Below, in pieces: positions 19,436 through 29,262 of a stretch of 64,000 nt of DNA. The DNA comes from a virus (Duplodnaviria; Caudoviricetes). The DNA is taken from IMG/VR virus record IMGVR_UViG_3300020187_001966. One strand, written 5' to 3'. The stretch's first letter is position 1. The number at the start of each line of letters is the position of its first letter. The notes under the pieces were generated by a model. The model ran no database searches and was not told the DNA's origin. It saw nothing but the letters and a program-made list of their open reading frames with translations. A program made the position numbers and the translations under genes.

Positions 19436-20115
19436 TGAACCATAAAATTCTTTATAAATTAGAAGAGCTAATACATACTAGTCCACAATTATTGCGACAA
19501 CGATTAACATTAAAGCAAGCCATACAAGGTACGTTTGATGTAGAAATTGACGATGTAGACTATGACACCATTGGTGAACTAGTAGACAGAATTGATGATA
19601 AGGTACTAAGTCATTACTTTTGCAATGTATGGCAAAGTGAAATGAAAAAATACAAGTACAGTGGGCTTACATTAATTGACGAAGTAAACAAATTAAAGCC
19701 TAGAGCAGTGTTAGATATTGGGTGTGGATATCACGAGTTTAAAGGCAAAATAGATAATTTAGTAGGCATTGATCCGTATAACGATAAATCAGATGTAAAA
19801 GTAAAATTACTAGATTATAGACCATCTCAAAAGTTTGATGCAACACTAGCACTGGGTAGTATTAATTTTGGTAGTACTGATAAAATATTTGCAGAACTAG
19901 AACATGCTGTTAGTTTGTGCAATCCTGGTGCTGTTATGTTTTTTAGAGTTAATCCAGGCTTACCACATGAAGCAGACGAAAGTAATTGGATTAGCTTTTA
20001 TCCATGGGATAGTAACTTTGTTGTTAACTGTGCTAGTCAGCTTAACGTTGACATATTAGATTTAAGAACAGATTCACACAAGAACAGAATGTATTTTGTG
20101 TGGCGGACTAAATAA
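19435..20115 (+). CDS. Class I SAM-dependent methyltransferase with an acidic N-terminal domain
   Basis: VLDIGCG, VGID motifs; TAATG coupling to thyA. Confidence 0.7.
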   Translation: MNHKILYKLEELIHTSPQLLRQRLTLKQAIQGTFDVEIDDVDYDTIGELVDRIDDKVLSHYFCNVWQSEMKKYKYSGLTLIDEVNKLKPRAVLDIGCGYHEFKGKIDNLVGIDPYNDKSDVKVKLLDYRPSQKFDATLALGSINFGSTDKIFAELEHAVSLCNPGAVMFFRVNPGLPHEADESNWISFYPWDSNFVVNCASQLNVDILDLRTDSHKNRMYFVWRTK

Positions 20116-20118
20116 GTA
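20111..20118 (+). promoter_or_regulatory. Late-promoter-like AATAAGTA upstream of tctA
   Basis: ATAAGTA variant also seen at 13035 and 35985. Confidence 0.35.
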
Positions 20119-20216
20119 TACAATATTGCTAACGCTCTGATCAAAAAGAAGTTCAGTAATATAACCCCCAATATTTTTAATTTAAGGAGCAGCTAGATTC
20201 TAGCTGTTGTATTTCT

Positions 20217-21668
20217 ATGGACTATTACATTGTTGTATTATTATTAGGTGTGTTTTACGGATTTTTCGTAGGGCTCGTTCCTGTGGCTGGTGCTACAACT
20301 GGACTGATTGCAGTTTACAGTTTTGTAGGCTACTTTGAAGATCCTTACATGCTAGTTGTGTTTACTACAGCCATTGTAGTTACTAGCAGTATAGGAGATA
20401 CATTTTGCGGTGTTGTTATGAATATACCAGGAGCAGGCGGTGCCGCCGCTACTATGGTAGATGGATTTCCAATGTCAAGAAGAGGTGAAGCCGCTAGAGC
20501 ACTTAGTGCTGCAATTAGTACAAGTTGGATAAACGGATTAATATGGGGCTTGGCTGTGTTCTTGTTTCTGCCTTACTATACTAAAATTGTACTGTATTTT
20601 GGTACAGCAGAAATGTTTTCGTTCTTGATATTTGCTATGACTTGTGTTATATTTGTTAGTAGTAAGTATTGGTTCCGTGGCGCTGTAGCATTAGTTGCTG
20701 GCGTTGCTGTTGGGCATATTGGTATGGATCCAAATACTGCTAGTGTACGTTGGACTATGGATTGGGAATATCTTGGAGCAGGTGTACAAATAATACCATT
20801 AATGGCAGGAGTGTTAGCATTTCCAGAACTAGTAAGTGCATATCGTATGCGAGCAGAAAAGATAAAATTAACTAATGGTGTTATTGTTGAACAACTAATA
20901 CAAGGTGTTCGAGACACTTGGCGTTATAAGTGGGATGGATTACGTGGAGGTCTAATAGGAGGCTTTATCGGACTAGTACCAGGCATAGGCGGAGCAATTG
21001 CTGATTGGTTTGCATATAGCCAAACTGTTGCACTTGGAAAACGTGATGGAGAAAATGTTGGACAAGGTCATGTTAGAGGAGTAATAGGTTGTGAAGGTGC
21101 AAACAATGCACAAAAGGCAACCAGTTATGTTCCTACAGTGTTGTTTGGTATCCCTGGCGCACCATTTGAAGTTATAGTAATGGGACTGTTGATGTATGTT
21201 GGACTTGAGCTAGGTACACCAAGTGTACTAGAAGATCAAAGATTTTTTGATGTACTACTCAGTAGTTACTTGTGGAGTTTGTTACTCATACTGCCTATTA
21301 GTTATGGGTTTATCAAGTATGCAGTGTATATAACAAACCTTCCGTTTAAGTATTACTTCTGGCCTATACTAGCAAGTTTAGTTTGGGCTAGTACACAGTA
21401 CACAGGCATGATAGATGATTATGCTATGTTAGCTATTTGTTGTGTTGTAGGCATGGCAATGAAGTATCTGAAGTTCAGTAGAGTGAGCTTCTTGATTGGT
21501 TTTATTCTTAGTGCTAGATTAGAATCAAGTTGGGTACAGTTTGATACATTTGGTTATGGGTGGCAAGATTTGCTACTAAAACCACTACCAGCTGTATTCA
21601 TAACCCTAGCAATTGCAGCCGCAATTTGGGGAATATTTTTTAATAAAGCACGTATTGATTTTGTATAG
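20217..21668 (+). CDS. tctA: Tripartite tricarboxylate transporter permease TctA
   Basis: NIPG..AAATMVDGFPMSRRGEAARAL, GLVPGIGG, EGANNA, LFGIPG motifs; many TM helices. Confidence 0.88.
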   Translation: MDYYIVVLLLGVFYGFFVGLVPVAGATTGLIAVYSFVGYFEDPYMLVVFTTAIVVTSSIGDTFCGVVMNIPGAGGAAATMVDGFPMSRRGEAARALSAAISTSWINGLIWGLAVFLFLPYYTKIVLYFGTAEMFSFLIFAMTCVIFVSSKYWFRGAVALVAGVAVGHIGMDPNTASVRWTMDWEYLGAGVQIIPLMAGVLAFPELVSAYRMRAEKIKLTNGVIVEQLIQGVRDTWRYKWDGLRGGLIGGFIGLVPGIGGAIADWFAYSQTVALGKRDGENVGQGHVRGVIGCEGANNAQKATSYVPTVLFGIPGAPFEVIVMGLLMYVGLELGTPSVLEDQRFFDVLLSSYLWSLLLILPISYGFIKYAVYITNLPFKYYFWPILASLVWASTQYTGMIDDYAMLAICCVVGMAMKYLKFSRVSFLIGFILSARLESSWVQFDTFGYGWQDLLLKPLPAVFITLAIAAAIWGIFFNKARIDFV

Positions 21669-21671
21669 GAG

Positions 21672-22736
21672 ATGAAAATGAAAATCAGAAATTTAGTATT
21701 AGGCGCAGTTGCGTCACTGGCAATCGCTACAGTAGCATTTGCTGAAATCACAATGGTAGTACCACAGAAGCCTGGTCAAGGCACAACTGTATGGGCAGAG
21801 ATTGTAAAGAAAGAACTTGAAAAACACTTAGGTGAAAAAATTACATTACGATTAATTCCAGGTGCTCGTGACATTCCAGGATTTAATGAGTATCATAATA
21901 ATTTACGCTTTGATGAGAATACTATTATGGTATCACACGGTGGTAACGGTGTTAGTTTCTTACAAGAGGATGTAGCTTATGATTACGCAGAGTATGAATC
22001 AATTGCACTTATGAACTTAAATATTATCGCAGGTAAACGTATTGGCGATGACATGAGTAAGCCACGTTTTCCAGCAGGTTCAGGAATGGTGCCAGAAGCA
22101 TTTGCTATGACACTTATGTTATGCGGACCAGACAAGAGTGTAGACGAATATATTCAATGCTTTAAAGAAAATGTAGTATGGGTTAAAGGCATGAGTGGTA
22201 GTGAAAGACGTTTAGCATTTAAACGTGGAGATCTAAACGGTACTCGTGAGAACCCAGCAACATATCAAAAACACGTAGAGCCAGATGAAAATGCAGAGTT
22301 ATGGTTCCATCATGGTCTACTTGATCCAGCAACTGGAACACACAGTGACGATACAAACTACCCAGCAGGATATCAAGTAGAACAATTATTTGAAGCACGT
22401 TGGGGTGTAGCACCAAGTGGAGAGTTTTATGATGCGTATGTACTTGTAAAAAGTTTCCGTGACGGTTTACAAAAAGCAATTTGGATTAACAAAGGCAATC
22501 CAGAACTTCGTGATCGTTTACGTGCGGCAATGACAGCATTAGATAATGATCCTAAAAGTATGGCTGCTATTGAAGCAAAGAACGGCAATTACGAATGGTT
22601 TATTGGAGAACAAGGTGACCAAATGCGTGACACATTGATGGGCTTTATTACTGAAGATGCTCTCAAGAACTTAGTTAAGTTTAACAGTGAAGCACTAGGA
22701 CTTAAAAGTATCTATAAAGCAGATTTGGTTAAGTAA
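21672..22736 (+). CDS. tctC: Tripartite tricarboxylate transporter substrate-binding protein (TctC/Bug-like)
   Basis: Signal peptide, ITMVVPQKPGQGT (cf. IVP..PGG.TD), adjacent to tctA. Confidence 0.7.
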   Translation: MKMKIRNLVLGAVASLAIATVAFAEITMVVPQKPGQGTTVWAEIVKKELEKHLGEKITLRLIPGARDIPGFNEYHNNLRFDENTIMVSHGGNGVSFLQEDVAYDYAEYESIALMNLNIIAGKRIGDDMSKPRFPAGSGMVPEAFAMTLMLCGPDKSVDEYIQCFKENVVWVKGMSGSERRLAFKRGDLNGTRENPATYQKHVEPDENAELWFHHGLLDPATGTHSDDTNYPAGYQVEQLFEARWGVAPSGEFYDAYVLVKSFRDGLQKAIWINKGNPELRDRLRAAMTALDNDPKSMAAIEAKNGNYEWFIGEQGDQMRDTLMGFITEDALKNLVKFNSEALGLKSIYKADLVK

Positions 22737-23398
22737 TGAACAGCAATTGGGACAAATTGAAGCCTCGTACAAGCTATCATTATGACTCATTTAAAATGGA
22801 CCCGGCATACGATTCAATGCGCTATGCCGGGCGTTTTATTGGACAATGGCAAAAAGAACTAGAAACTGTTGTAAAAAGTAGTACAGCTATTACATGGCGT
22901 AACCGTAATCCAATAGATGGCACAAGTCCAGACATTGAGTCAGAAGAGTATGATCTAATGCGAGCAGGTGCAGATCCTAGACTTAGTTTAACTAATTTAG
23001 AATACCAATTGCATCCTGTATTTCAACATATGACAGATGCATTAGGACTAGTAGAAGGTGAGAAGCCGATACAAAGTCGTGTACACATACAACATCCTGG
23101 TCAAGTTTGGAACTTACACATTGATAAATTAGAAAAATGGAACAAAGCAGATCCGCACAGTGTTTATAGATTTATGGTAATGCTAAACGATTGGGAGCCA
23201 GGTCACTTTATACAGTACGGAAACTTTGTTCACACTGGTTATCGGGCTGGAGAAATATACAGTTTTGATTGGTATAATGTACCACATTGTACAGCAAACG
23301 CTGGAAATGGTCCAAGATGTACACTGTTAGTTACAGGTGTTGCTACTGAACATACTCGTAACTTATTCAGCACATATAATAATCAAATACCTGTATAA
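22736..23398 (+). CDS. Putative Fe(II)/2OG-type (cupin) oxygenase
   Basis: LHID ... PHCTANAG facial-triad pattern. Confidence 0.55.
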   Translation: MNSNWDKLKPRTSYHYDSFKMDPAYDSMRYAGRFIGQWQKELETVVKSSTAITWRNRNPIDGTSPDIESEEYDLMRAGADPRLSLTNLEYQLHPVFQHMTDALGLVEGEKPIQSRVHIQHPGQVWNLHIDKLEKWNKADPHSVYRFMVMLNDWEPGHFIQYGNFVHTGYRAGEIYSFDWYNVPHCTANAGNGPRCTLLVTGVATEHTRNLFSTYNNQIPV

Positions 23399-23401
23399 AT
23401 A
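23394..23401 (+). promoter_or_regulatory. T4-type late promoter TATAAATA
   Basis: Exact consensus 22 nt upstream of ATG 23424. Confidence 0.7.
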
Positions 23402-23423
23402 AATGTACTAACAGGAGAATAAC

Positions 23424-23684
23424 ATGGCTTATACACATGTAAGTAGACTTACAACTACATCAAGTGATACATTTGACACGGTGGAGGCTTGGTTAACTGC
23501 ACACGGAAGTTGTGGTCAAAATAGCGAAGGTCATACTAGTTGGAATGCTGTACTAGACGAAGGCGGCGCATCAATTACACGGACTGTAGTTTGGCCAATG
23601 AAAGCAGTAAGAGAATTTGAACGTAGCGAACGTCCAGATAATCCTACATTTGATGGTGTAGTAATTAGTGAATCTGAAGACTAA
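23424..23684 (+). CDS. Small acidic late protein
   Basis: CAGGAG RBS and its own late promoter; stop overlaps the convergent gene (CTAA). Confidence 0.75.
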   Translation: MAYTHVSRLTTTSSDTFDTVEAWLTAHGSCGQNSEGHTSWNAVLDEGGASITRTVVWPMKAVREFERSERPDNPTFDGVVISESED

Positions 23685-24355
23685 AGAACACCAGTATAAA
23701 TTCGTTGAACAGTGTCGTTTAGAACTCGATCAATAGATTTATTTTTTGCAAGATCTTGGAACTTTGTATCTCGTTTACAAAGTTCTTTTTCTTTGTGTAA
23801 TTGATTATCTAGTCCTAGTTTATGTAATAGTTCTACTAGACTATTTTGTTGTAAATCAAAATGTTGTTGAATAAATTTATTCTCTATAGCAATTTTTTCT
23901 CTCATACGCTTGTCATTCTCATACCAAGTATAGTGAGGATAAGTTATATTCCAACCTCCTACTTGATGCCACCAATCAAAACAAAAGTCATCTGGCATCC
24001 AAAATGCCAAGAACTTTGCTTCAGGAAACCATTCACGTAGTTGAGGTATATGATAACTAAACCAATGACTTTTAACGATCTTAATACCAGTATCCCAATC
24101 ATCGAAAGGTTCCTGAAATTGTGCTATTACATCGTCACGATTTAATTGATCCAGACGATCAAACTCTAAACCATAATCGTGTCCTGGTCCCCAATATGCA
24201 CCTCTGTGCCAACCTTTAGCGCCGTTAGTATAACTATCAGTGTTTACTTCATCTGACGTATTGATGTCTACTTGACTTTGTATACATCGAATTGCTCCGC
24301 TCCAACGACTGCCTGGTGTACCAGTTGCTATGATTAAATCTTTACCTTTATACAT
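23681..24355 (-). CDS. Sulfotransferase/P-loop-like protein
   Basis: IIATGTPGSRWSG; shares WHRGAYWGPG / VKSHWF with 26091; start moved from GTG 24364. Confidence 0.45.
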   Translation of the reverse strand: MYKGKDLIIATGTPGSRWSGAIRCIQSQVDINTSDEVNTDSYTNGAKGWHRGAYWGPGHDYGLEFDRLDQLNRDDVIAQFQEPFDDWDTGIKIVKSHWFSYHIPQLREWFPEAKFLAFWMPDDFCFDWWHQVGGWNITYPHYTWYENDKRMREKIAIENKFIQQHFDLQQNSLVELLHKLGLDNQLHKEKELCKRDTKFQDLAKNKSIDRVLNDTVQRIYTGVL

Positions 24356-25010
24356 AATTGCCACCCAAACTAGAACTTAGCAAAACTGTATTGCCAGTAG
24401 TAATACCTACTTGTGTACCAAGAGCACTCATTGTTCTAGTAGTACTAAATGCCCATTCTCTTTCTGCACACCACCAACAATCTTCACACGGTGGGTAACT
24501 AGTTTCGCAACTTACTGTTAGATCCTGTAATGCTTTTAAGTTATATTTTTTATATATCATTGCTAGATGGCTTTTATTAACATCATAAAACGGACGATAG
24601 AAATGATTATGAATTACTCTAGACAGTAACACATCTCTATCTTTTTTTCTTTGTTCATGATACTTTAACTTTACATCTGGGTTACGGGTTTTTCCACTTA
24701 CCCAGCAACTTAAATTGTATTGCTCAGTTAAATTATTAGTAGCTTGATCTCTATATTCTTTGCGTAATTCTAAGTTTGGCGCTATTGTTACACAATGCTC
24801 TAGTATTTTTACTGATGTATAGCACTGAATCCACCTGCTTACTGCTAGCGCAGGCTCTATATTATATTTCTTATCATCACTAGCAACTGTAAGTAACACA
24901 ACGTCATGCTGTCTTTGTGACGCTATTAACCAAAACAATATTGCGCTGTCACTACCGCCACTTAGATATATGCCTATAGGCCCTGTGGGTAATTTTATTT
25001 CGTCTGCCAC
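24348..25010 (-). CDS. QueC-like PP-loop ATPase #1
   Basis: LSGGSDS and C-terminal SC..CEDCWWCAER. Confidence 0.7.
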   Translation of the reverse strand: MADEIKLPTGPIGIYLSGGSDSAILFWLIASQRQHDVVLLTVASDDKKYNIEPALAVSRWIQCYTSVKILEHCVTIAPNLELRKEYRDQATNNLTEQYNLSCWVSGKTRNPDVKLKYHEQRKKDRDVLLSRVIHNHFYRPFYDVNKSHLAMIYKKYNLKALQDLTVSCETSYPPCEDCWWCAEREWAFSTTRTMSALGTQVGITTGNTVLLSSSLGGNYV

Positions 25011-26089
25011 AATAATTCTCTACTATTATTTTCTGCTACTAACTCAGCTACTGTACTTGCTAGTTCGCCATTAAATTGACGGCTACAATGATCGCTTCCA
25101 TAACATATTGTATTTGGATTATGCTCTGCTATTGTTCGTACAAATTCAATAGCTGACTGATGACTGGCATTACTGTCTTTTAGTAAGTTTCCTGGCATGC
25201 GTTTTAATGCTCCATTCCACCATATTACACCATTGCCTTGTTTAATTAGTAACAACAATTTATCGATGTCTGATCGGTTACTGATATTTACTCGATGATA
25301 GTGATGCTCTAAACTTTGGTATTGTTGCCAATGTGAGCTCCAATCAGCAAATTCAGCTTGTAGATTTTCCCAGATAATCATGTAATCATTATCTCTATCA
25401 GTAAACTTGTGTCTATTAAATAACTGCATGCTTGGATATTTTTGTTGTAGGTGTTTGATCCAACTTTTTATATCTGTACCATCCCATTCTTGAATGGTAT
25501 ATTTTCTAACAGCTAAACTTATCTTGCTTATGTCTATATGATGTACTACAGTGTCTGAGTGCATGCCATGATGATTTAATATCCCATTAATAAAGAATCC
25601 ACTACTCACTGTTATGGCCCAATCAACAGCCGTACTAGTTGCTCCGTATTCTGGGATTTCATTGTGCATCAAATAACTTATATTACTATCGTCTATTAAG
25701 TTAGTCACAGCGGCGCTATGACTGTGTGTAAATGTGTTTGCAGTAAAAGGATCAATTGATTGTATATTCATTTTTAAATCTATAGTACCTTCGCCCTGTG
25801 GTTGCCAGACGTCAGCACCACTACAAATGTTTATGTTCTCATAATTTTTTAATCTAGGAATAATGTTCTTTTCGTAGTTTCCCCATACTAATATAGTACC
25901 TGCTTGTATAATTAAAACACGATCGTACTTTGTATAATCAACTTGTTTAAAAACATCAATGACATGGTAATCATATTTGCTTTGACTATATCTACTGCTC
26001 ACACTGTGATCAATACTTAACTGACTATAGTTAAGTGCGATATCATCCCACCACGCATCTCCTGATTTAACTATTACAACACAATCCAT
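24995..26089 (-). CDS. Hypothetical protein
   Basis: 364-aa ORF within the coupled array; no motif recognised. Confidence 0.75.
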   Translation of the reverse strand: MDCVVIVKSGDAWWDDIALNYSQLSIDHSVSSRYSQSKYDYHVIDVFKQVDYTKYDRVLIIQAGTILVWGNYEKNIIPRLKNYENINICSGADVWQPQGEGTIDLKMNIQSIDPFTANTFTHSHSAAVTNLIDDSNISYLMHNEIPEYGATSTAVDWAITVSSGFFINGILNHHGMHSDTVVHHIDISKISLAVRKYTIQEWDGTDIKSWIKHLQQKYPSMQLFNRHKFTDRDNDYMIIWENLQAEFADWSSHWQQYQSLEHHYHRVNISNRSDIDKLLLLIKQGNGVIWWNGALKRMPGNLLKDSNASHQSAIEFVRTIAEHNPNTICYGSDHCSRQFNGELASTVAELVAENNSRELLWQTK

Positions 26090-26090
26090 T

Positions 26091-26798
26091 TTAGATCATC
26101 TCAAAATTATAGTAACTCATTTGTACATCATATCTCAATCGTTCAGTTGGATTATCATTTTTATGATGATATCCTATGAGACTATGACTGTACCGACGAT
26201 TTTCATCAGTATCATCTAACTTCCAAACGTCACGCCAGTGTCTAGGTGTACTAGTGTGTACTGCTAAATCACGTTCATAAATCCATTTACGTGCTAACAT
26301 ACACTCGTGGTTAATTAACTCTTTTGCCTGTTCAGTTGTTTTGTAAAACGTAGTATAATCAGGATATGGAATTTTAATACCACCTACTCCATGCCAACCA
26401 TCCCAACATGCTTCTGGATGTCGCATAACAATCATAATTTTACTTTCAGGAAACGTTTCAGCAATCCAATCTAAACTGTAAACAAACTGATGACACTTTA
26501 CTATAATATATCCGTCATGATTTGTATAAGCTAATTCTATTTCAGCAATCACTTGTTCACGTGTATATTTTCCAGTGTGTAGTTCATGAAACCATTCACC
26601 AAACTCAAATCCTGGACCAAAATATGCGCCCAAGTGTTTAACGCCATTAAACTCTGGACCATGATCATACCCACGCTCTGGTGATCGGTCACTGATGTTT
26701 ATATCAATTACTGGAGTATTAGCTAGTAATACACTAGTGGCACTCCATTTACTTCCTGGTGCTCCAGTAAAGAATATTATTTTATTTGTATCTATCAT
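26091..26798 (-). CDS. Sulfotransferase/P-loop-like protein, paralog of 23681
   Basis: IFFTGAPGSKWSA, HLGAYFGPG, IVKCHQF. Confidence 0.45.
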   Translation of the reverse strand: MIDTNKIIFFTGAPGSKWSATSVLLANTPVIDINISDRSPERGYDHGPEFNGVKHLGAYFGPGFEFGEWFHELHTGKYTREQVIAEIELAYTNHDGYIIVKCHQFVYSLDWIAETFPESKIMIVMRHPEACWDGWHGVGGIKIPYPDYTTFYKTTEQAKELINHECMLARKWIYERDLAVHTSTPRHWRDVWKLDDTDENRRYSHSLIGYHHKNDNPTERLRYDVQMSYYNFEMI

Positions 26799-27211
26799 GC
26801 TATTGTAATCGCAAAGCGCCTTTCTTCTATGTTCATAACTGTGTGATATGAATCAACTTCTAATATGTGCCACTGATGTTTATCTAGTACAACATCACAT
26901 GTGGGGGTTACCTGATCTTCATCATACCAAATAGTGTGTACATTAGCGCCGCCTGGGTCAATAATATAGTTTAACGCTGTCGTTCGTCCTCTGTCTTTGT
27001 GTACAGGTACACCATGTACTAGTGTTTGATAACGAAACTTTGTATATTCAGGAAACTGTTCTTGAAGATAGTCCGCCAATTCCGCTTGACATTCGTGTAT
27101 AGTGTAATTAGGGCTACGTCCGCCAAATATATTTTCAAGTTCTAATACTTGTTCAACTGGTAATATTAAATGCTCTGGCACAGCAGGCAAGTCTAAAAAT
27201 TTATATTTCAT
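26795..27211 (-). CDS. Putative cupin / Fe(II)-2OG oxygenase
   Basis: PVHKD ... SYHTV pattern. Confidence 0.5.
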   Translation of the reverse strand: MKYKFLDLPAVPEHLILPVEQVLELENIFGGRSPNYTIHECQAELADYLQEQFPEYTKFRYQTLVHGVPVHKDRGRTTALNYIIDPGGANVHTIWYDEDQVTPTCDVVLDKHQWHILEVDSYHTVMNIEERRFAITIA

Positions 27212-27945
27212 ACGATAAACTCTTTCATCTTTCGGTATTCTCTATAGCTAACATTAAGTACACGGCTGTTATTAGTCTGATTCCTCAATGCCATATTATT
27301 TTTTATTTGTGTTTCTATATGTTGATAAAAACTTCCACTGTTTAAATGCTCCCAAACATCTTGTACTGTAAAAAACAATCCCCAACGTTTACTTAATTGA
27401 TATAGCATTTTTCCATATTTAGTTTTGCTACCATTCATCCACTCAAGTTTAAGATAGGCAGGAAAATGCGCCGTTGTGTGCATATATCTATTTACTATAT
27501 CATCAGCATCTGCTACAATATTAATTACACGACTGTTGGGAAACTGTGTTAGTATTTCTTCTGGTAAACTATGCGTACAGTATAATAACCGATGTGTGTT
27601 TAGATATTGTTGACCTTGGGCTTTTTCAAACTGTGCTGGAAATAAGTCACGATAATATGTATCACAATCAACAAAATCTTTTACATAATCCCAGACTGGA
27701 GGCAATACTTCTCCGTTGGGCATAGTCCTATCAAAATGTTTGGGGGCTACTCGACGTTGAATTATCCAATCACACTTGTGCGATATGTTCCAAGGATTAA
27801 TACCGTTGTCTGAATTACTATACCAATACACTTCTGGTAAACTGCACAAGACACGCCCGATAGTGTGTCCTCTACTACCAGGTTCAAAACTTACAAAAAC
27901 AAAGTTTGGATTATTGTATACGTCCGAGATAATAGTAAACTCCAT
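27208..27945 (-). CDS. Hypothetical protein, possible sulfotransferase-like fold
   Basis: FVSFEPGSRGHTI loop, CTH, RVINI. Confidence 0.35.
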   Translation of the reverse strand: MEFTIISDVYNNPNFVFVSFEPGSRGHTIGRVLCSLPEVYWYSNSDNGINPWNISHKCDWIIQRRVAPKHFDRTMPNGEVLPPVWDYVKDFVDCDTYYRDLFPAQFEKAQGQQYLNTHRLLYCTHSLPEEILTQFPNSRVINIVADADDIVNRYMHTTAHFPAYLKLEWMNGSKTKYGKMLYQLSKRWGLFFTVQDVWEHLNSGSFYQHIETQIKNNMALRNQTNNSRVLNVSYREYRKMKEFIV

Positions 27946-28597
27946 TATTATATGTTACTAGGTCACCAGTGTGATACCAATCGTCATATACACAAATGTC
28001 ACCTTTAACTAGCAATTCATTGTCTACAATCTTTGTATCACAATGTGTTTGCTCGCCCATTATACTTTCAGTTAAACTGACTACGTCACCAGGATTAAAC
28101 GTACTATTAATTGCTACTGGGCCTACTTCTGTCATACCCCAATTAGCAATAAACGTGGCGCCACGATCAATAAATGATTGAATAATACGACTGTGTACTC
28201 TATCACTACCACACATAATAGTTATGCCACTCAAATTTACACTACTAAATCCTCGAGTTTTTATTACAGCACGAGCCATGTCTGGTGTTAAATGACTGTG
28301 TGTATAATCTGTAATTTGTCTAACCCAACTATAAGGATTAAACTTTTGTATGTCAACCAGGGCACCAACTTCTACGGCAGGTAATGTTTGCGCAAGTAAT
28401 CCGCCAGCATGTGTTAGTGTACACACTGTTAGTATACGACTATTAACAGTAATATCTTGTACTTGTCTAGCTACACTATTAGCGGCTTGTAGTTTATGTG
28501 GGGGTTGAAATATACGTCTAGGCGCACCAGTAGTACCACTGGTTGGCAATGCCGTACCAGTATTAATTATCTTTTTTAAAGTTTCGTTCAGTGCCAT
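27911..28597 (-). CDS. Truncated ANL-family adenylating enzyme (AMP-binding)
   Basis: TSGTTGAP, WGMTEVGP, YHTGDL, YLGR core motifs; only 228 aa. Confidence 0.75.
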   Translation of the reverse strand: MALNETLKKIINTGTALPTSGTTGAPRRIFQPPHKLQAANSVARQVQDITVNSRILTVCTLTHAGGLLAQTLPAVEVGALVDIQKFNPYSWVRQITDYTHSHLTPDMARAVIKTRGFSSVNLSGITIMCGSDRVHSRIIQSFIDRGATFIANWGMTEVGPVAINSTFNPGDVVSLTESIMGEQTHCDTKIVDNELLVKGDICVYDDWYHTGDLVTYNNGVYYYLGRIQ

Positions 28598-28784
28598 CTA
28601 CAATCCTCTTAGCTAGATAGTAAGGGGTAAACGGAAATAGCCACGGTATAAAACTGTGAATTATTCCTGTTACTAACACACCTAATGCTAGTATATTATA
28701 ATATGTAGCCAATGTCAAGTGTTTAAAATAACCGGCACCAGCCTTTTTAAGATGTTTAAAGTCGAATATTTTTGTATTTTTCAT
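28563..28784 (-). CDS. Small membrane-associated protein (DUF6356-like)
   Basis: GYFKHL...IIHSFIPWLF pattern. Confidence 0.5.
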   Translation of the reverse strand: MKNTKIFDFKHLKKAGAGYFKHLTLATYYNILALGVLVTGIIHSFIPWLFPFTPYYLAKRIVDGTERNFKKDN

Positions 28785-29262
28785 TATTTAATTTCCATAT
28801 ATTTTGTTGTGTATAAAATACTTCATCAGCTCTTACAAAATCTACAATACCATATTTGGCTAAATGATAAAATGTTCGATTAACACTTCCCATTTTACCG
28901 CTGGCATCGTTGTCTATATTTGTAGTGATGTACACAGGCTTATCTTGAGCGTATTCTAATTGTAATGGCAACTGTGTACTAAAACAGTAACTTTGCATGT
29001 GGTATCTGTTTAGTCCAACGTTACGTGAACGTAATTGTGCACCACGAAATAAAGCTCTATATCCATCTTCAAAAGGGTGTATACCACTTAAACTTATAAT
29101 TTCGTCATCAATGTATGTGGCAAACCAAGCACCAGATTCCAAACACCAATCCCATTTCATATTTTGTAGACTGGAGTTATTGTTGTATCCAAGTTTTTCA
29201 CATTGGCGTACAAACTCGCCTACTTGTACAATATGTTGATTGTCAATACGTTTAGACAGCAT
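28756..29262 (-). CDS. Possible GNAT-fold acyltransferase
   Basis: IISLSGI..RALFRG beta-strand pattern and size; weak. Confidence 0.35.
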   Translation of the reverse strand: MLSKRIDNQHIVQVGEFVRQCEKLGYNNNSSLQNMKWDWCLESGAWFATYIDDEIISLSGIHPFEDGYRALFRGAQLRSRNVGLNRYHMQSYCFSTQLPLQLEYAQDKPVYITTNIDNDASGKMGSVNRTFYHLAKYGIVDFVRADEVFYTQQNIWKLNNEKYKNIRL

